From positions 13,609 through 77,608 of the forward strand of contig DAHUXH010000001.1 in NCBI GenBank assembly GCA_027307235.1: a DNA stretch of 64,000 bases, written 5' to 3'. The notes beneath the pieces are model-generated. The model had not been told where the DNA came from. It saw nothing but the letters and a program-made list of their open reading frames with translations, and ran no database searches. The stretch is from Vulcanimicrobiota bacterium (GTDB lineage Bacteria; Vulcanimicrobiota; Vulcanimicrobiia; Vulcanimicrobiales; Vulcanimicrobiaceae). Each line of letters starts with the position of its first letter. The first letter of the stretch is position 1. Below, piece after piece: positions 18,213 through 27,535 of this stretch. Made by a program: the position numbers and the translations under genes.

Positions 18213-18884
18213 GTGAGTTCCCGCTTCATCAACCGCGCGCACGCCGGCCGCGAACTCGCGCAACGCCTCCTTGCCTATGCGGACCGCCCTGATGTCATCG
18301 TCCTGGCGCTGCCGCGCGGCGGCGTTCCCGTCGCCTACGAAATCGCCACGCGTCTACACGCACCCATGGACGTCTATGCCGTTCGCAAGCTCGGCGTGCC
18401 GGGGCACGAAGAGTTGGCGATGGGTGCGGTCGCACCCGACGGCACGACGATTGTCGACCGCCAACTCCTCGACTTGGTAGGCGTGAGCACCGAGGAATTC
18501 CATGCCGTCGTGCAGCGTGAGCTCGCCGAAATTCGCCGCCGCGAGCACGCCTATCGCGACGAGCGGCCGCGGCCGAGCATCGACGGCAAGACCGTTTTGG
18601 TCGTCGACGACGGCCTAGCCACCGGCGCCACCATGAGCGCGGCGGTCAACGCGTTACGCGCACAACATCCGGCGAAGATCGTCGTCGCGGCGCCGGTCGG
18701 CTCGCCGGAGACCTGCGGGATGCTCGCAGAGATCGCCGACGACGTAGTCTGCGTCGACATGCCGCTCGCATTCGGTGCGGTCGGTATGTACTACGACGAT
18801 TTTCAGCAGACCGGCGATGACGAAGTACGCCAGCTCCTCGCACGAGCGGCCGAAGAGGCATCCAAGCGATGGAACATCGTGTGA
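18213..18884 (+). CDS. Phosphoribosyltransferase-family protein
   Basis: 223 aa, GTG start. FINRAHAGRELAQRL, LALPRGGVPVA and the PRPP loop VLVVDDGLATGATM. Confidence 0.85.
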   Translation: MSSRFINRAHAGRELAQRLLAYADRPDVIVLALPRGGVPVAYEIATRLHAPMDVYAVRKLGVPGHEELAMGAVAPDGTTIVDRQLLDLVGVSTEEFHAVVQRELAEIRRREHAYRDERPRPSIDGKTVLVVDDGLATGATMSAAVNALRAQHPAKIVVAAPVGSPETCGMLAEIADDVVCVDMPLAFGAVGMYYDDFQQTGDDEVRQLLARAAEEASKRWNIV

Positions 18885-19534
18885 CGCCGCCCGCTGCCGA
18901 TGTCGTCTTGACCATCCCCGGCGGAGTGCTCGGCGCTACGCTCGCGGTGCCCGACCATCCGATCGGTGTCGTGCTCTTCGCTCACGGAAGCGGCAGCAGT
19001 CGCTTCAGCCCGCGCAATCGTTTCGTCGCTGAACGTCTTCAACGCGCGAAACTTGCCACGATGCTGATCGACTTGCTGACCACCGACGAAGAGCGCACCG
19101 ATCGCGTGACCGCTGAGTTTCGATTCGACGTGTATCTGCTGGCGCGGCGTTTGGTCGCGGCGACGGAATGGGTCTCGCTTCATTTTGCGGCCGCACCGTT
19201 GCCCATCGCCTATTTTGGTGCGAGCACCGGGGCCGCGGCGGCGTTGATAGCGGCGGCCCGCTACGGCAGCGTCATCGTCGCCGTCGTGTCGCGCGGCGGC
19301 CGGCCGGATCTGGCCGGCGAGGCGCTCGCGCGCGTGCGCGCGCCGACGCTGCTCATTGTGGGCGGCGACGACGAAGCGGTGATCGCCCTGAACCAAAGCG
19401 CTCGCAGCGCGATGCGCGCACACAGCGAGCTTGAGATCGTGCCGGGCGCGACGCATCTCTTTGAAGAGCCCGGCGCACTGGAACGCGTAGCCGAGCTTGC
19501 CGCGAACTGGTTTTCTCGATACTGCGCGGCGTGA
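18869..19534 (+). CDS. Alpha/beta hydrolase, dienelactone-hydrolase-like
   Basis: 221 aa. VVLFAHGSGSSRFSPRN...YFGASTGAAAAL (nucleophile elbow G-x-S-x-G)...LLIVGGDDE...GATHLFEEPG. Confidence 0.75.
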   Translation: MEHRVTPPAADVVLTIPGGVLGATLAVPDHPIGVVLFAHGSGSSRFSPRNRFVAERLQRAKLATMLIDLLTTDEERTDRVTAEFRFDVYLLARRLVAATEWVSLHFAAAPLPIAYFGASTGAAAALIAAARYGSVIVAVVSRGGRPDLAGEALARVRAPTLLIVGGDDEAVIALNQSARSAMRAHSELEIVPGATHLFEEPGALERVAELAANWFSRYCAA

Positions 19535-20439
19535 TGCACCAGCGATTCACACACATCATCGAACGCTGCGCGAACAGGCCGCCGATTCGCATGGCGGTCG
19601 TGCACCCGTGCGACCGCATCTCGCTCGAAGGCACCATCGCCGCGGCTGATGCCAAACTTATCGCACCCGTGCTGGTCGGCAATGCCGAGAAGATTCGCTC
19701 GATCGCGCACCGCGAGTCGTTGGACATCGACGGCTATGCGATCGTCACCGCCGCGCACAGTCATGACGCCGCGGCCAAAGCAGTCGAGCTGGCGCGCGAC
19801 CACAGCGTTGATGCGATCATGAAGGGCAGCCTCCACTCCGACGAATTGATGCACGAAGTGACCACACCGTCGTCCGGTCTGCACACGCAGCGCCGCATCA
19901 GCCATGTCTTCGTCGTCGATGTGCCCACGTATGCATATCCGCTGCTGATCACCGATGCCGTGGTGAACATCGTCCCCACGCTCGATGAAAAGCGCGACAT
20001 CATCCAAAACGCAATTGACCTCGCGGCCGCGCTCGAAATCGCGCAACCGCGTGTCGCGATTCTTTCCGCCGTCGAGACCGTCACCGCGAAGATCTCGGCG
20101 ACGATCGACGCTGCGGCGCTCTGCAAGATGGCGGATCGCGCGCAGATCACGGGCGGCATTCTCGACGGCCCGCTCGCGCTCGACGACGCTGTCAGCGAAT
20201 CGGCCGCGCGCGACAAGCAGATCACCTCGCCGGTTGCCGGCCGCGCGAACATTCTGGTCGTCCCGGATCTCGAATCGGGCAACATGATCGCGAAGGCGCT
20301 GATTCTGCTTGCCGGTGCCGACGCTGCCGGAATCGTGCTGGGCGCGCGCGTGCCGATCGTCTTGACCAGCCGCGCCGACAGCGTCCCCACACGCGTCACA
20401 TCCTGCGCGATTGCGGCGCTGCTGACGCCGGTTCGCTAA
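19531..20439 (+). CDS. pta: Phosphate acetyl/butyryl transferase (PTA_PTB family)
   Basis: 302 aa. RMAVVHPCD...DAIMKGSLHSDELM...ITDAVVNIVPTLDEK...NILVVPDLESGNMIAK...PIVLTSRADS. The acetyl versus butyryl specificity is not decidable by eye. Confidence 0.8.
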   Translation: MMHQRFTHIIERCANRPPIRMAVVHPCDRISLEGTIAAADAKLIAPVLVGNAEKIRSIAHRESLDIDGYAIVTAAHSHDAAAKAVELARDHSVDAIMKGSLHSDELMHEVTTPSSGLHTQRRISHVFVVDVPTYAYPLLITDAVVNIVPTLDEKRDIIQNAIDLAAALEIAQPRVAILSAVETVTAKISATIDAAALCKMADRAQITGGILDGPLALDDAVSESAARDKQITSPVAGRANILVVPDLESGNMIAKALILLAGADAAGIVLGARVPIVLTSRADSVPTRVTSCAIAALLTPVR

Positions 20440-20445
20440 CGTTCG

Positions 20446-20961
20446 CTAGTTCGGCGGCGTGTGGGGAAAGACGTCGAAGTACGGCGTCTTTGGTTCGACT
20501 GAAGGCGGCAATGGTTCGGGAGCGGGTACGCCGGCGGGCCCGAGGCTCTTGATGAACCGGTAGATGGCACGGCGGTCGGTGGTCGTCAACGCGCGCAGAT
20601 CGTGCCAGACCATCGGCCAATGTCCGCCGCGCGTGCTGACCATGAACAGCCACTGCGTTTCGGAGACTTGTTGAAATTCGAGACGTACGTTGGGCGGATA
20701 GCTCGTCCCCCATGGACCGCGATATCCTGTCGAGCTCCCCATCATCCAGCGCGCGACCGGCACGCTGCCGTCCGACTCCCGCCACCCCGGTGTATGGCAG
20801 TCATTGCAGCCACCGAAGGCGACCAGGTAGCGCCCGCGCGCGATGAGCGGATCCGCGCGAGCAAATAGCGGGGCCTTGGCGATGGTCGGCATGCTGCTCC
20901 CGGCGAGAAGCGCCAGCAGCAGTCCGGCGACGATGGCGGAAGACGTTCGTAGGCGGCTCAT
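20446..20961 (-). CDS. Secreted mono-haem c-type cytochrome
   Basis: 171 aa. Signal peptide MSRLRTSSAIVAGLLLALLAGSS and a single CNDCH haem-c motif. Confidence 0.75.
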   Translation of the reverse strand: MSRLRTSSAIVAGLLLALLAGSSMPTIAKAPLFARADPLIARGRYLVAFGGCNDCHTPGWRESDGSVPVARWMMGSSTGYRGPWGTSYPPNVRLEFQQVSETQWLFMVSTRGGHWPMVWHDLRALTTTDRRAIYRFIKSLGPAGVPAPEPLPPSVEPKTPYFDVFPHTPPN

Positions 20962-21030
20962 GTTCCTAGCTTCTCAACAGGTTCGCCGCTTCTTCTTCTC
21001 GGCTGCCGCGGCTGACTCTACGCTGGTGTC

Positions 21031-23454
21031 GTGATTCCGTCGGGCCTGAGCGAACGCGAGGCGGCGCTTGTCTTGGAACGAGTCGGCCCCAATCAACTGC
21101 GCCGGCGCGGCTGGGTGCTGCTCGACATCCTCGGGCGCCAACTCGGCAACCCCGTGCTGCTGCTCCTGGCCGCCGTCGCGGTCCTCTCGATCGTTCTCGG
21201 TCAGCGCACCGACGCGACGATCGTCCTCGGGATCGTGCTTCTCAGCGTCGGACTCGGCACGCTCAACGAGTATCGTGCGTCAACCGTTATTCGCGACCTG
21301 CAAGCGCGCATCAGGCACGAGACGACGGTCATCCGTGACGGCGTCGCACGGCGCATCGACGCATCGCTGATCGTTCCGGGCGACGCCGTGCGCGTTGAAC
21401 TCGGCGACGTCATTCCCGCGGACATGCGGCTGGTCGCGGTCGAAAACGCCGCGTGCAACGAAGCAACGCTGACCGGCGAATCGCTGCCTTCCGAGAAACG
21501 CGAGAACGACTTCGCCTTCATGGGCACCATCCTCGTCGCCGGGCGAGCAATCGGCATCGTGAGCAACACCGGCATGCGCACGCAGCTCGGCCAGTTCGCC
21601 GCGCAGTTACGCCACCTCCCGCCCGTGACGGCGTTTGAAAAAGGCTTGCGCGAGTTTTCGATGCTGCTGGCCGTCATCACCGCGATCGTTGCCGTTGCCG
21701 TGATGACCGTCAGCGTTGCGTTCATCCATCGCTCGGTGTGGGAATCGTTGATGTTCGCGCTCGCGATTGCCGTGAGTTTGACGCCGCAACTGCTGCCGGC
21801 AATCGTCACGGTCTCGATGTCGATCGGCGCTCGCCGCATGGCCGAGGCCGGTGTGATCGTCAAACGCCTGGTCAGCATCGAAGACGTGGGCAACGTTCAA
21901 GTGCTCTTCACCGACAAGACGGGAACCTTGACTCAAGGAACCACAACGTTTGCATCGTCGATCGATGCGGCAGGCAACGAGGCCGCGACAACCTCGCTCT
22001 ACGGATTGCTCTGCGACACGACGAGCGGCAACGGTGCGGGAGCCGGCGCGAGCATCCTCGATCGCGCCCTGCGCGGCGGCGCGCGGCCCGAGATGCTGGC
22101 TGCGGCCTCGAAATTTACGCGCATCGCGGAACTGCCGTTCGACTACGAGCGGCGCATGACGTCGGTGCTCGTGGCGGACGGAGCCGGACCGCGCACGGTC
22201 GTCGTGAAAGGCGCGCCCGAATCCGTGCTGGCGCGTTGCGTCGACGTCCCCGACGGCGCTCGCTCGGTGCTCAACGCACATCTCGATTCCGGCTTGCGCG
22301 TTCTAGCGGTCGCGACCCGCGATGTTCCCGCGTCGGTCGCGCACATCGAACTCGACGATGAGCGTGACCTGCACGTGAGCGGCTTCTTGCTCTTCTCCGA
22401 TCCGGTCAAGAGCGATGCCGCAGCGTCGCTCGCGCAGTTGCGCGGGCTCGGCATCGCCGTCAAGATTCTCACCGGAGACAACGAGCGCGTCGCGGTCAGC
22501 GTCTGCGCCGAACTCGGCCTCCCGCACGACGGCGTGCTGCTTGGCGAGCGAGTCGACGCGATGAGCGACAGCCAACTCAGCGCGGCGCTCGCGAGCACCG
22601 CGATCTTCGCTCGCACGAATCCGGCGCAGAAGGCGCGCATCGTGCGCTTACAGCGCGCGATGAACATCGACGTCGGCTATCTCGGTGACGGCGTCAACGA
22701 CGCCGGAGCGCTCCATGAAGCCGATGTCGGTATCTCGGTCGAATCAGCCGTCGACGTCGCGCGCGACGCGGCCGACATCATCCTGACCACGAAGGACCTC
22801 GGTATCCTCGCGAGCGGCATCACCCAGGGGCGCAAAATCTTCGCGAACACCGTGAAGTACGTGCTGATGGCGACCTCATCCAATTTCGGCAACATGATCA
22901 GCACGGCGGCAGGTTCGATGATCTTACCGTTCTTGCCGATGTTGCCGTCGCAGGTGCTGCTCAACAACTTTCTCTATGACATCAGCGAGATCACGATTCC
23001 AACGGATAACGTCGACGCACCACAATTGCGCCGGCCTGCACATTGGGACATGCGGCTCATCCGCCGTTTTATGTCGGTGTTTGGACCGATCAACGCCGGC
23101 TTCGATTTCAGCATGTTCGCGCTGATGCTCTTGGTGCTCCACCTGAGTGCGCCGGCGTTTCGCACAGGTTTCTTCATCGAATCCTTCACCACGCAGACCA
23201 TCGTCATCTTCGCGTTGCGCACGCGCGGCTGGATGTTCAAGAGCCGCCCGAGCATACCGCTGACAGCGACGACACTGGCGTGCGCAGCGGCCGGCCTCGC
23301 TCTGCCGCTCTCGCCGCTGGGCGCGTTCTTCGGATTCGCCGGGCTGCCCATCTCGACGCTCGCAGCGGTGCTGGGCCTGATCGTGCTCTACGTCCTGATC
23401 GTGGAGGGAACCAAGCGCCTGTTCTTCAGGACTGAGAACCTCCGCCAGACTTGA
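21031..23454 (+). CDS. Cation-transporting P-type ATPase (P2/P3-like, MgtA/CtpF-like)
   Basis: 807 aa, GTG start. LTGESLP, DKTGTLTQG (phospho-Asp), TGDN, GDGVNDAGAL. About 10 TM segments. Confidence 0.88.
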   Translation: MIPSGLSEREAALVLERVGPNQLRRRGWVLLDILGRQLGNPVLLLLAAVAVLSIVLGQRTDATIVLGIVLLSVGLGTLNEYRASTVIRDLQARIRHETTVIRDGVARRIDASLIVPGDAVRVELGDVIPADMRLVAVENAACNEATLTGESLPSEKRENDFAFMGTILVAGRAIGIVSNTGMRTQLGQFAAQLRHLPPVTAFEKGLREFSMLLAVITAIVAVAVMTVSVAFIHRSVWESLMFALAIAVSLTPQLLPAIVTVSMSIGARRMAEAGVIVKRLVSIEDVGNVQVLFTDKTGTLTQGTTTFASSIDAAGNEAATTSLYGLLCDTTSGNGAGAGASILDRALRGGARPEMLAAASKFTRIAELPFDYERRMTSVLVADGAGPRTVVVKGAPESVLARCVDVPDGARSVLNAHLDSGLRVLAVATRDVPASVAHIELDDERDLHVSGFLLFSDPVKSDAAASLAQLRGLGIAVKILTGDNERVAVSVCAELGLPHDGVLLGERVDAMSDSQLSAALASTAIFARTNPAQKARIVRLQRAMNIDVGYLGDGVNDAGALHEADVGISVESAVDVARDAADIILTTKDLGILASGITQGRKIFANTVKYVLMATSSNFGNMISTAAGSMILPFLPMLPSQVLLNNFLYDISEITIPTDNVDAPQLRRPAHWDMRLIRRFMSVFGPINAGFDFSMFALMLLVLHLSAPAFRTGFFIESFTTQTIVIFALRTRGWMFKSRPSIPLTATTLACAAAGLALPLSPLGAFFGFAGLPISTLAAVLGLIVLYVLIVEGTKRLFFRTENLRQT

Positions 23455-23505
23455 ATTCACGGGTTATTCCCAAACGATTCGCACGGCCATTCTAGGCTAA
23501 ATAGC

Positions 23506-23958
23506 ATGTTTAGAAAGCTCTTGGTGCCGCTCGACGGATCGGAGTGCTCCGAGGAAGCTTTTTCGCTCGCGATCGACATTGCGCGTCAGCACACTGCCGA
23601 ACTCATCGTCTGCGTGGTCGCCGATCCCGCGCAGATTGCAAGCTACGTTCCGGCGACCGGGGCGTCGAGCGAGTCGTGGATCAAACGCCTGCGTCACGAA
23701 GCCGGTGAGATCGTCGACGACGCCGTCGGCCGCGCGCGCAGCCGAGGCGTGACGTGCAACGGCGAACTGCTCGTCGAAGGCGGCACTGCGGCTGCCCTAG
23801 TCGCGCACGCCAAGAGCAGCCACGCCGATGGCATCGTGATGGGAACGCACGGGCGCACCGGCGTCGCCCGCGCCCTCTTCGGCAGCGTCGCAAGCGCGGT
23901 CGTCCGCGACGCCGAGTGCGCGGTCATCACCGTGCGCATGGCACGGCGCCACTCGTAA
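23506..23958 (+). CDS. Universal stress protein (UspA family)
   Basis: 150 aa. FRKLLVPLDGSECS...ADGIVMGTHGRTGVARALFGSVASAVVRDAECAVITV. Paralogue of 11895..12347. Confidence 0.9.
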   Translation: MFRKLLVPLDGSECSEEAFSLAIDIARQHTAELIVCVVADPAQIASYVPATGASSESWIKRLRHEAGEIVDDAVGRARSRGVTCNGELLVEGGTAAALVAHAKSSHADGIVMGTHGRTGVARALFGSVASAVVRDAECAVITVRMARRHS

Positions 23959-23959
23959 A

Positions 23960-24280
23960 TCAGCGCTTCCCTTCGCTCATCGATCCGATGGCGTCGTAGT
24001 GTTCGACGAACTCGGGAAAATCCAAGAGGTACTTTTCGTCTTCTGGGTAGTAGCGCGCTTTGTTGATGTCGTCGCCGGCGAAGGCGCGAATCGAGTCGAG
24101 TGAATCCCAGAACGAGAGCGTCACAATCTCGCCGACTTCGTTTTCAATCCGCGTGAAGATGAATGCGCCGCGATTTCCGGCAGTACGGAAGTAGTCCGAA
24201 AGTCCGGTCTCTTCAACATAACGACGGTACGTGGCCAGATCTGCAGCGCGGGTTCTGCCGCGCCAAACGCGAGCGATCAT
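23960..24280 (-). CDS. ABM-like (antibiotic biosynthesis monooxygenase/Dabb fold) small protein
   Basis: Only the last 106 codons of ORF 23960..24913 look genuine (MIARVWRGRTRAADLATYRRYVEE...). GGAG lies upstream of ATG 24280. The rest of that ORF is Arg-rich and antisense to the GGDEF gene. Confidence 0.55.
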   Translation of the reverse strand: MIARVWRGRTRAADLATYRRYVEETGLSDYFRTAGNRGAFIFTRIENEVGEIVTLSFWDSLDSIRAFAGDDINKARYYPEDEKYLLDFPEFVEHYDAIGSMSEGKR

Positions 24281-24351
24281 CGACGAAGTCTCCTTGGAAG
24301 TGATGTGATGCTTTGAGGCTGTGACCCCGTATGCATTCCGGCGGTTGCAGC

Positions 24352-25389
24352 CTACTGTTTCCAGTAGGAGAACCGGTAGCAGTTCTTGCCGGCGGCCTTC
24401 GCCGAGTAGACCGCCCGATCGGCCGCGGCGATCAGTGCGTCGGCGTCTTTGCCGTATGCCGCTGAAAACGCGATCCCGATAGAACAACTCAACGCAGCCC
24501 CGCGCAGAGCCGCGTAGATGCGAAGCATGACGGCCTCGGCAGCCGCGTTGTCGGTCCTCGGCATGATCAGCGAGAATTCGTCGCCGGCAAAACGGGCGGG
24601 AACGTCGGTTTCGCGCGTTTGCGTGCGCAAGATGTCGGCGATCGCTTTCAGTGCGGCGTCGCCGCCGGCGTGACCGCGCGAATCGTTGATGCGCTTGAAA
24701 TCGTCGACGTCGATCATCGCGAAGGCCAGCGGCTGTTCGGTGCGAGCGGCGACTGCCAGTTCGGCAGCGAGCCGATCCATCAACGCGCGACGATTGCGCA
24801 GGCCGGTGAGCGGGTCGCGCATCGCCAGACGTTCCAACTCGGCGGCCATGCGCATGTTGTCGAGTTTGAGCGCTGCTTGCGTGGCGAGTTCTTGCAAGGC
24901 GGCGACGGCCCACGGCGACGGCGCGCGTTCGACCGCGCTGTCGGCATAGACGATCGAGGACGTGCCCGCGCCCGGACGCACGGCGGCCGCCGCGTACCAG
25001 CGGCGCGTGTCGAAGAGCGGAGCATCGGGATCATCGGCGAGTCCGGTTGCGGCATCGCTGTCGGCGCGCGCGATCCGACGCAACGCGCTGTATTCGGGGA
25101 ACTCACCGCCGTACTCAGAGGGCACAACCGCACCGCCGTCGAGTTCGAACGTCGCGATCGCCGCTTCAGATTCGACGTCAAACCAAAACACTCGCGCGAA
25201 GCCGAGGCCGAGCCATGCACCGCGCAACGCCGCCCTAACCAGGTCTTCTTCCGACGCAGACTTGGCGATCTCGACGAAGCTGCTCTGCAATCGCTCCAGT
25301 CGCTGCGCCTTGATCTGCTCGGCGTCTCGCTCGGTCTCGACCGCGGCCAGACGCTCGGTCAGGAAGGCAATCGGATCCGCATCCCTCAT
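24352..25389 (-). CDS. Diguanylate cyclase-like protein (GAF-like N-terminal domain + GGDEF domain with AGDEF motif and RxxD I-site)
   Basis: 345 aa. DPLTGLRNRRAL...FAMIDVDDFKRINDSRGHAGGD...RETDVPARFAGDEFSLIM. Confidence 0.85.
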   Translation of the reverse strand: MRDADPIAFLTERLAAVETERDAEQIKAQRLERLQSSFVEIAKSASEEDLVRAALRGAWLGLGFARVFWFDVESEAAIATFELDGGAVVPSEYGGEFPEYSALRRIARADSDAATGLADDPDAPLFDTRRWYAAAAVRPGAGTSSIVYADSAVERAPSPWAVAALQELATQAALKLDNMRMAAELERLAMRDPLTGLRNRRALMDRLAAELAVAARTEQPLAFAMIDVDDFKRINDSRGHAGGDAALKAIADILRTQTRETDVPARFAGDEFSLIMPRTDNAAAEAVMLRIYAALRGAALSCSIGIAFSAAYGKDADALIAAADRAVYSAKAAGKNCYRFSYWKQ

Positions 25390-25407
25390 GTGTTTCGAGT
25401 AGAGAAC

Positions 25408-25434
25408 GGAGTCCTCGACCTCGTCAAGGACTCC
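25408..25434 (-). terminator. Hairpin between PEBP stop and GGDEF start (possible intrinsic terminator)
   Basis: GGAGTCCT-11 nt-AGGACTCC, a perfect 8-bp stem. On the minus strand it is followed by GTTCTCTACTCG, which is only weakly T-rich. Confidence 0.35.
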
Positions 25435-25445
25435 ATCCAGGTTTC

Positions 25446-25961
25446 CTAATGACCGTACAGCGCGGTGAAGCTTGCTTGCGCGAGGACGTGTCCGCGAATG
25501 CCAAAGCGCAAGAACGCGTAGGTCGTGGTCGGACCAAACGGCATCTTCGCATCGAGTGCATAGAGCGTGAAGATATAATGGTGCGGCTTGTCACCGGCCG
25601 GAGGGCACGGACCCACATACCCGGTCTTGCCGAAGTCGTTCAGTCCGCTCACGGCTCCCTTCGCGTTGGCCGTCGAGGTTGCGGTCGCGGGGATGTCGAG
25701 CAAGAGATAGTGCACGAAGCCGACGGTCGTCGGTGCGTCAGGATCGAAGATGGTGAGCGCGAGCGCCTTCGCGCCCTTCGGCACGCCGCTCCACGTCAGG
25801 GTCGGCGTCTGATCTTGGCCCGTGCATCCGAATCCGTTGAGCACGAAGCGCAGCGGAATCGTGGCATTGGGATGAATGTCGGGACTCTGCAGGGTCATGG
25901 CGCCGGCCGGTGCGGCAACGGCGATGAGCGCGCTGAAAAGCGCGAAAAAGAACGTCTTCAT
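25446..25961 (-). CDS. YbhB/YbcL-family Raf-kinase-inhibitor-like (PEBP) protein, secreted
   Basis: Start set at ATG 25961 (MKTFFFALFSALIAVAAPAGA signal peptide). DPDAPT...HYLLLDIP...GYVGPCPPAGDKPHHYIFTLYALD are the PEBP bacterial signatures. Confidence 0.85.
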   Translation of the reverse strand: MKTFFFALFSALIAVAAPAGAMTLQSPDIHPNATIPLRFVLNGFGCTGQDQTPTLTWSGVPKGAKALALTIFDPDAPTTVGFVHYLLLDIPATATSTANAKGAVSGLNDFGKTGYVGPCPPAGDKPHHYIFTLYALDAKMPFGPTTTYAFLRFGIRGHVLAQASFTALYGH

Positions 25962-26039
25962 GGATTCGACTATACCGCACCGCGCGATGGATCGCCAGAT
26001 GGCGGCAGGGCGCGCGTCCGCGACGCGGTAGACGCCGGT

Positions 26040-27518
26040 ATGGAAGACGGGCTGCTGCACGACGTCGCGATCGTCGGCACGGGATTCGGCGGGATCGGTA
26101 TGGCGATCGCGCTTAAACGCGCGGGCATCGATTCGTTCGTCGTCCTCGAACGCGCCGGCGACGTCGGGGGAACGTGGCGGGACAACCACTATCCCGGCTG
26201 CGCCTGCGACATCCCATCGATGCTGTACTCATTTTCATTCGAGCCCAATCCCGATTGGACGCGCGTGTATCCGTCGCAACCGGAGATTTGGGCGTATCTG
26301 CGCCGCTGCACCGAGAAGTACGGCATCCGTCCGCACATTCGTTTCAACAGCGAGGTGCTCGCCGCTGTGTACGATGAGACGCGGATGGTGTGGACCATCC
26401 GCACGAGCAACGGTGACACGACCGTCGCGCGCGTGCTCGTCTGCGCGATGGGCGGCTTGAGCAATCCGCAGACCCCGCGTCTTCCCGGTCTCGAACGCTT
26501 CGCGGGCACGGTGTTTCATTCCGCGCAATGGAACCATGAGTATTCGCTTGCGAACAAGCGCGTGGCGGTGATCGGAACCGGTGCCAGCGCGGTGCAGTTC
26601 ATTCCCGAGATCGCGCCGGCGGTTGCGCGTCTGCTCGTGTTCCAGCGCACGCCGCCGTGGATCATTCCGCGATCCGACGCGCCGATCTCCGACGTGCAGC
26701 GAGCGCTTCGCCGGCACCTGCCGGGATACGCATGGCTCGTGCGCAAGCTGATCTACTGGTCGCTTGAGTTCCGTGCGCTCGGCTTCACCGTCGCTCCAAA
26801 AATACTCGGAATTGCCGAAGCGATCGCCCGAAGGCATCTGGCCTCCCACGTGCGCGATCCGGCATTGCGCCGCACGTTGACGCCCCACTACCGGATGGGA
26901 TGCAAACGCGTGCTGATCTCGGATACCTACTATCCGGCGTTGCAGCGACCGAACGTCGCGGTCGTGACTGCGCCGATTCGCGAGGTGCGCGAGCGGAGCA
27001 TCATCACCGCCGACGGCACGGAGCATGCGATCGACACGATTATCTTCGGCACGGGATTTCGCGCTCAAGAATTCATCTCGCCGGTGAACATCGTCGGACG
27101 CGGCGGCGTCGAGCTGACGGACGCGTGGAAAGATGCGCCCCAGGCCTACCTCGGCATCAACGTCGCCGGATTTCCGAATCTCCATTTCCTGGTCGGTCCC
27201 AACACCGGACTTGGACACAACTCGATGGTGCTGATGATCGAAGCGCAGATACGCTACGTGATGAGCGCGCTGCGGCTGATGCGCGAGCGCAAGGTCGACG
27301 CACTTGACGTTCGCACCGACGTGCAGAGCAGTTTCAACGACGCGCTGCAGCGACGCATGAGCCGGACCGTCTGGACGAGCGGCTGCACAAGCTGGTACCT
27401 CGACGAGCATGGCAAGAACACCACGCTCTGGCCGGGCTTCACCTTCGTGTACCGTCTGCTCACCCGGCGGGTCCGCCCCGAGCGCTATGACCTCGATAAG
27501 GAGGGCATCACGAATTAA
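26040..27518 (+). CDS. Flavin-dependent Baeyer-Villiger-type monooxygenase
   Basis: Start set at ATG 26040 (MEDGLLHDVAIVGTGFGGIG). GxGxxG occurs twice (GTGFGG, GTGASA). FAGTVFHSAQW matches the BVMO fingerprint FxGxxxHxxxW. Confidence 0.85.
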   Translation: MEDGLLHDVAIVGTGFGGIGMAIALKRAGIDSFVVLERAGDVGGTWRDNHYPGCACDIPSMLYSFSFEPNPDWTRVYPSQPEIWAYLRRCTEKYGIRPHIRFNSEVLAAVYDETRMVWTIRTSNGDTTVARVLVCAMGGLSNPQTPRLPGLERFAGTVFHSAQWNHEYSLANKRVAVIGTGASAVQFIPEIAPAVARLLVFQRTPPWIIPRSDAPISDVQRALRRHLPGYAWLVRKLIYWSLEFRALGFTVAPKILGIAEAIARRHLASHVRDPALRRTLTPHYRMGCKRVLISDTYYPALQRPNVAVVTAPIREVRERSIITADGTEHAIDTIIFGTGFRAQEFISPVNIVGRGGVELTDAWKDAPQAYLGINVAGFPNLHFLVGPNTGLGHNSMVLMIEAQIRYVMSALRLMRERKVDALDVRTDVQSSFNDALQRRMSRTVWTSGCTSWYLDEHGKNTTLWPGFTFVYRLLTRRVRPERYDLDKEGITN

Positions 27519-27535
27519 TTAGGAATACCTAATTT

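Noticed and set aside
23476-23484. 9-mer GATTCGCAC shared between the usp2 upstream region (23476-23484) and the GT/SDR intergenic region (16888-16896, opposite strand), considered as a possible stress-regulon motif
   Set aside because: There are only two occurrences and no dyad symmetry. It is absent from the other island promoters. A single shared 9-mer among several 100-nt regions is compatible with chance.
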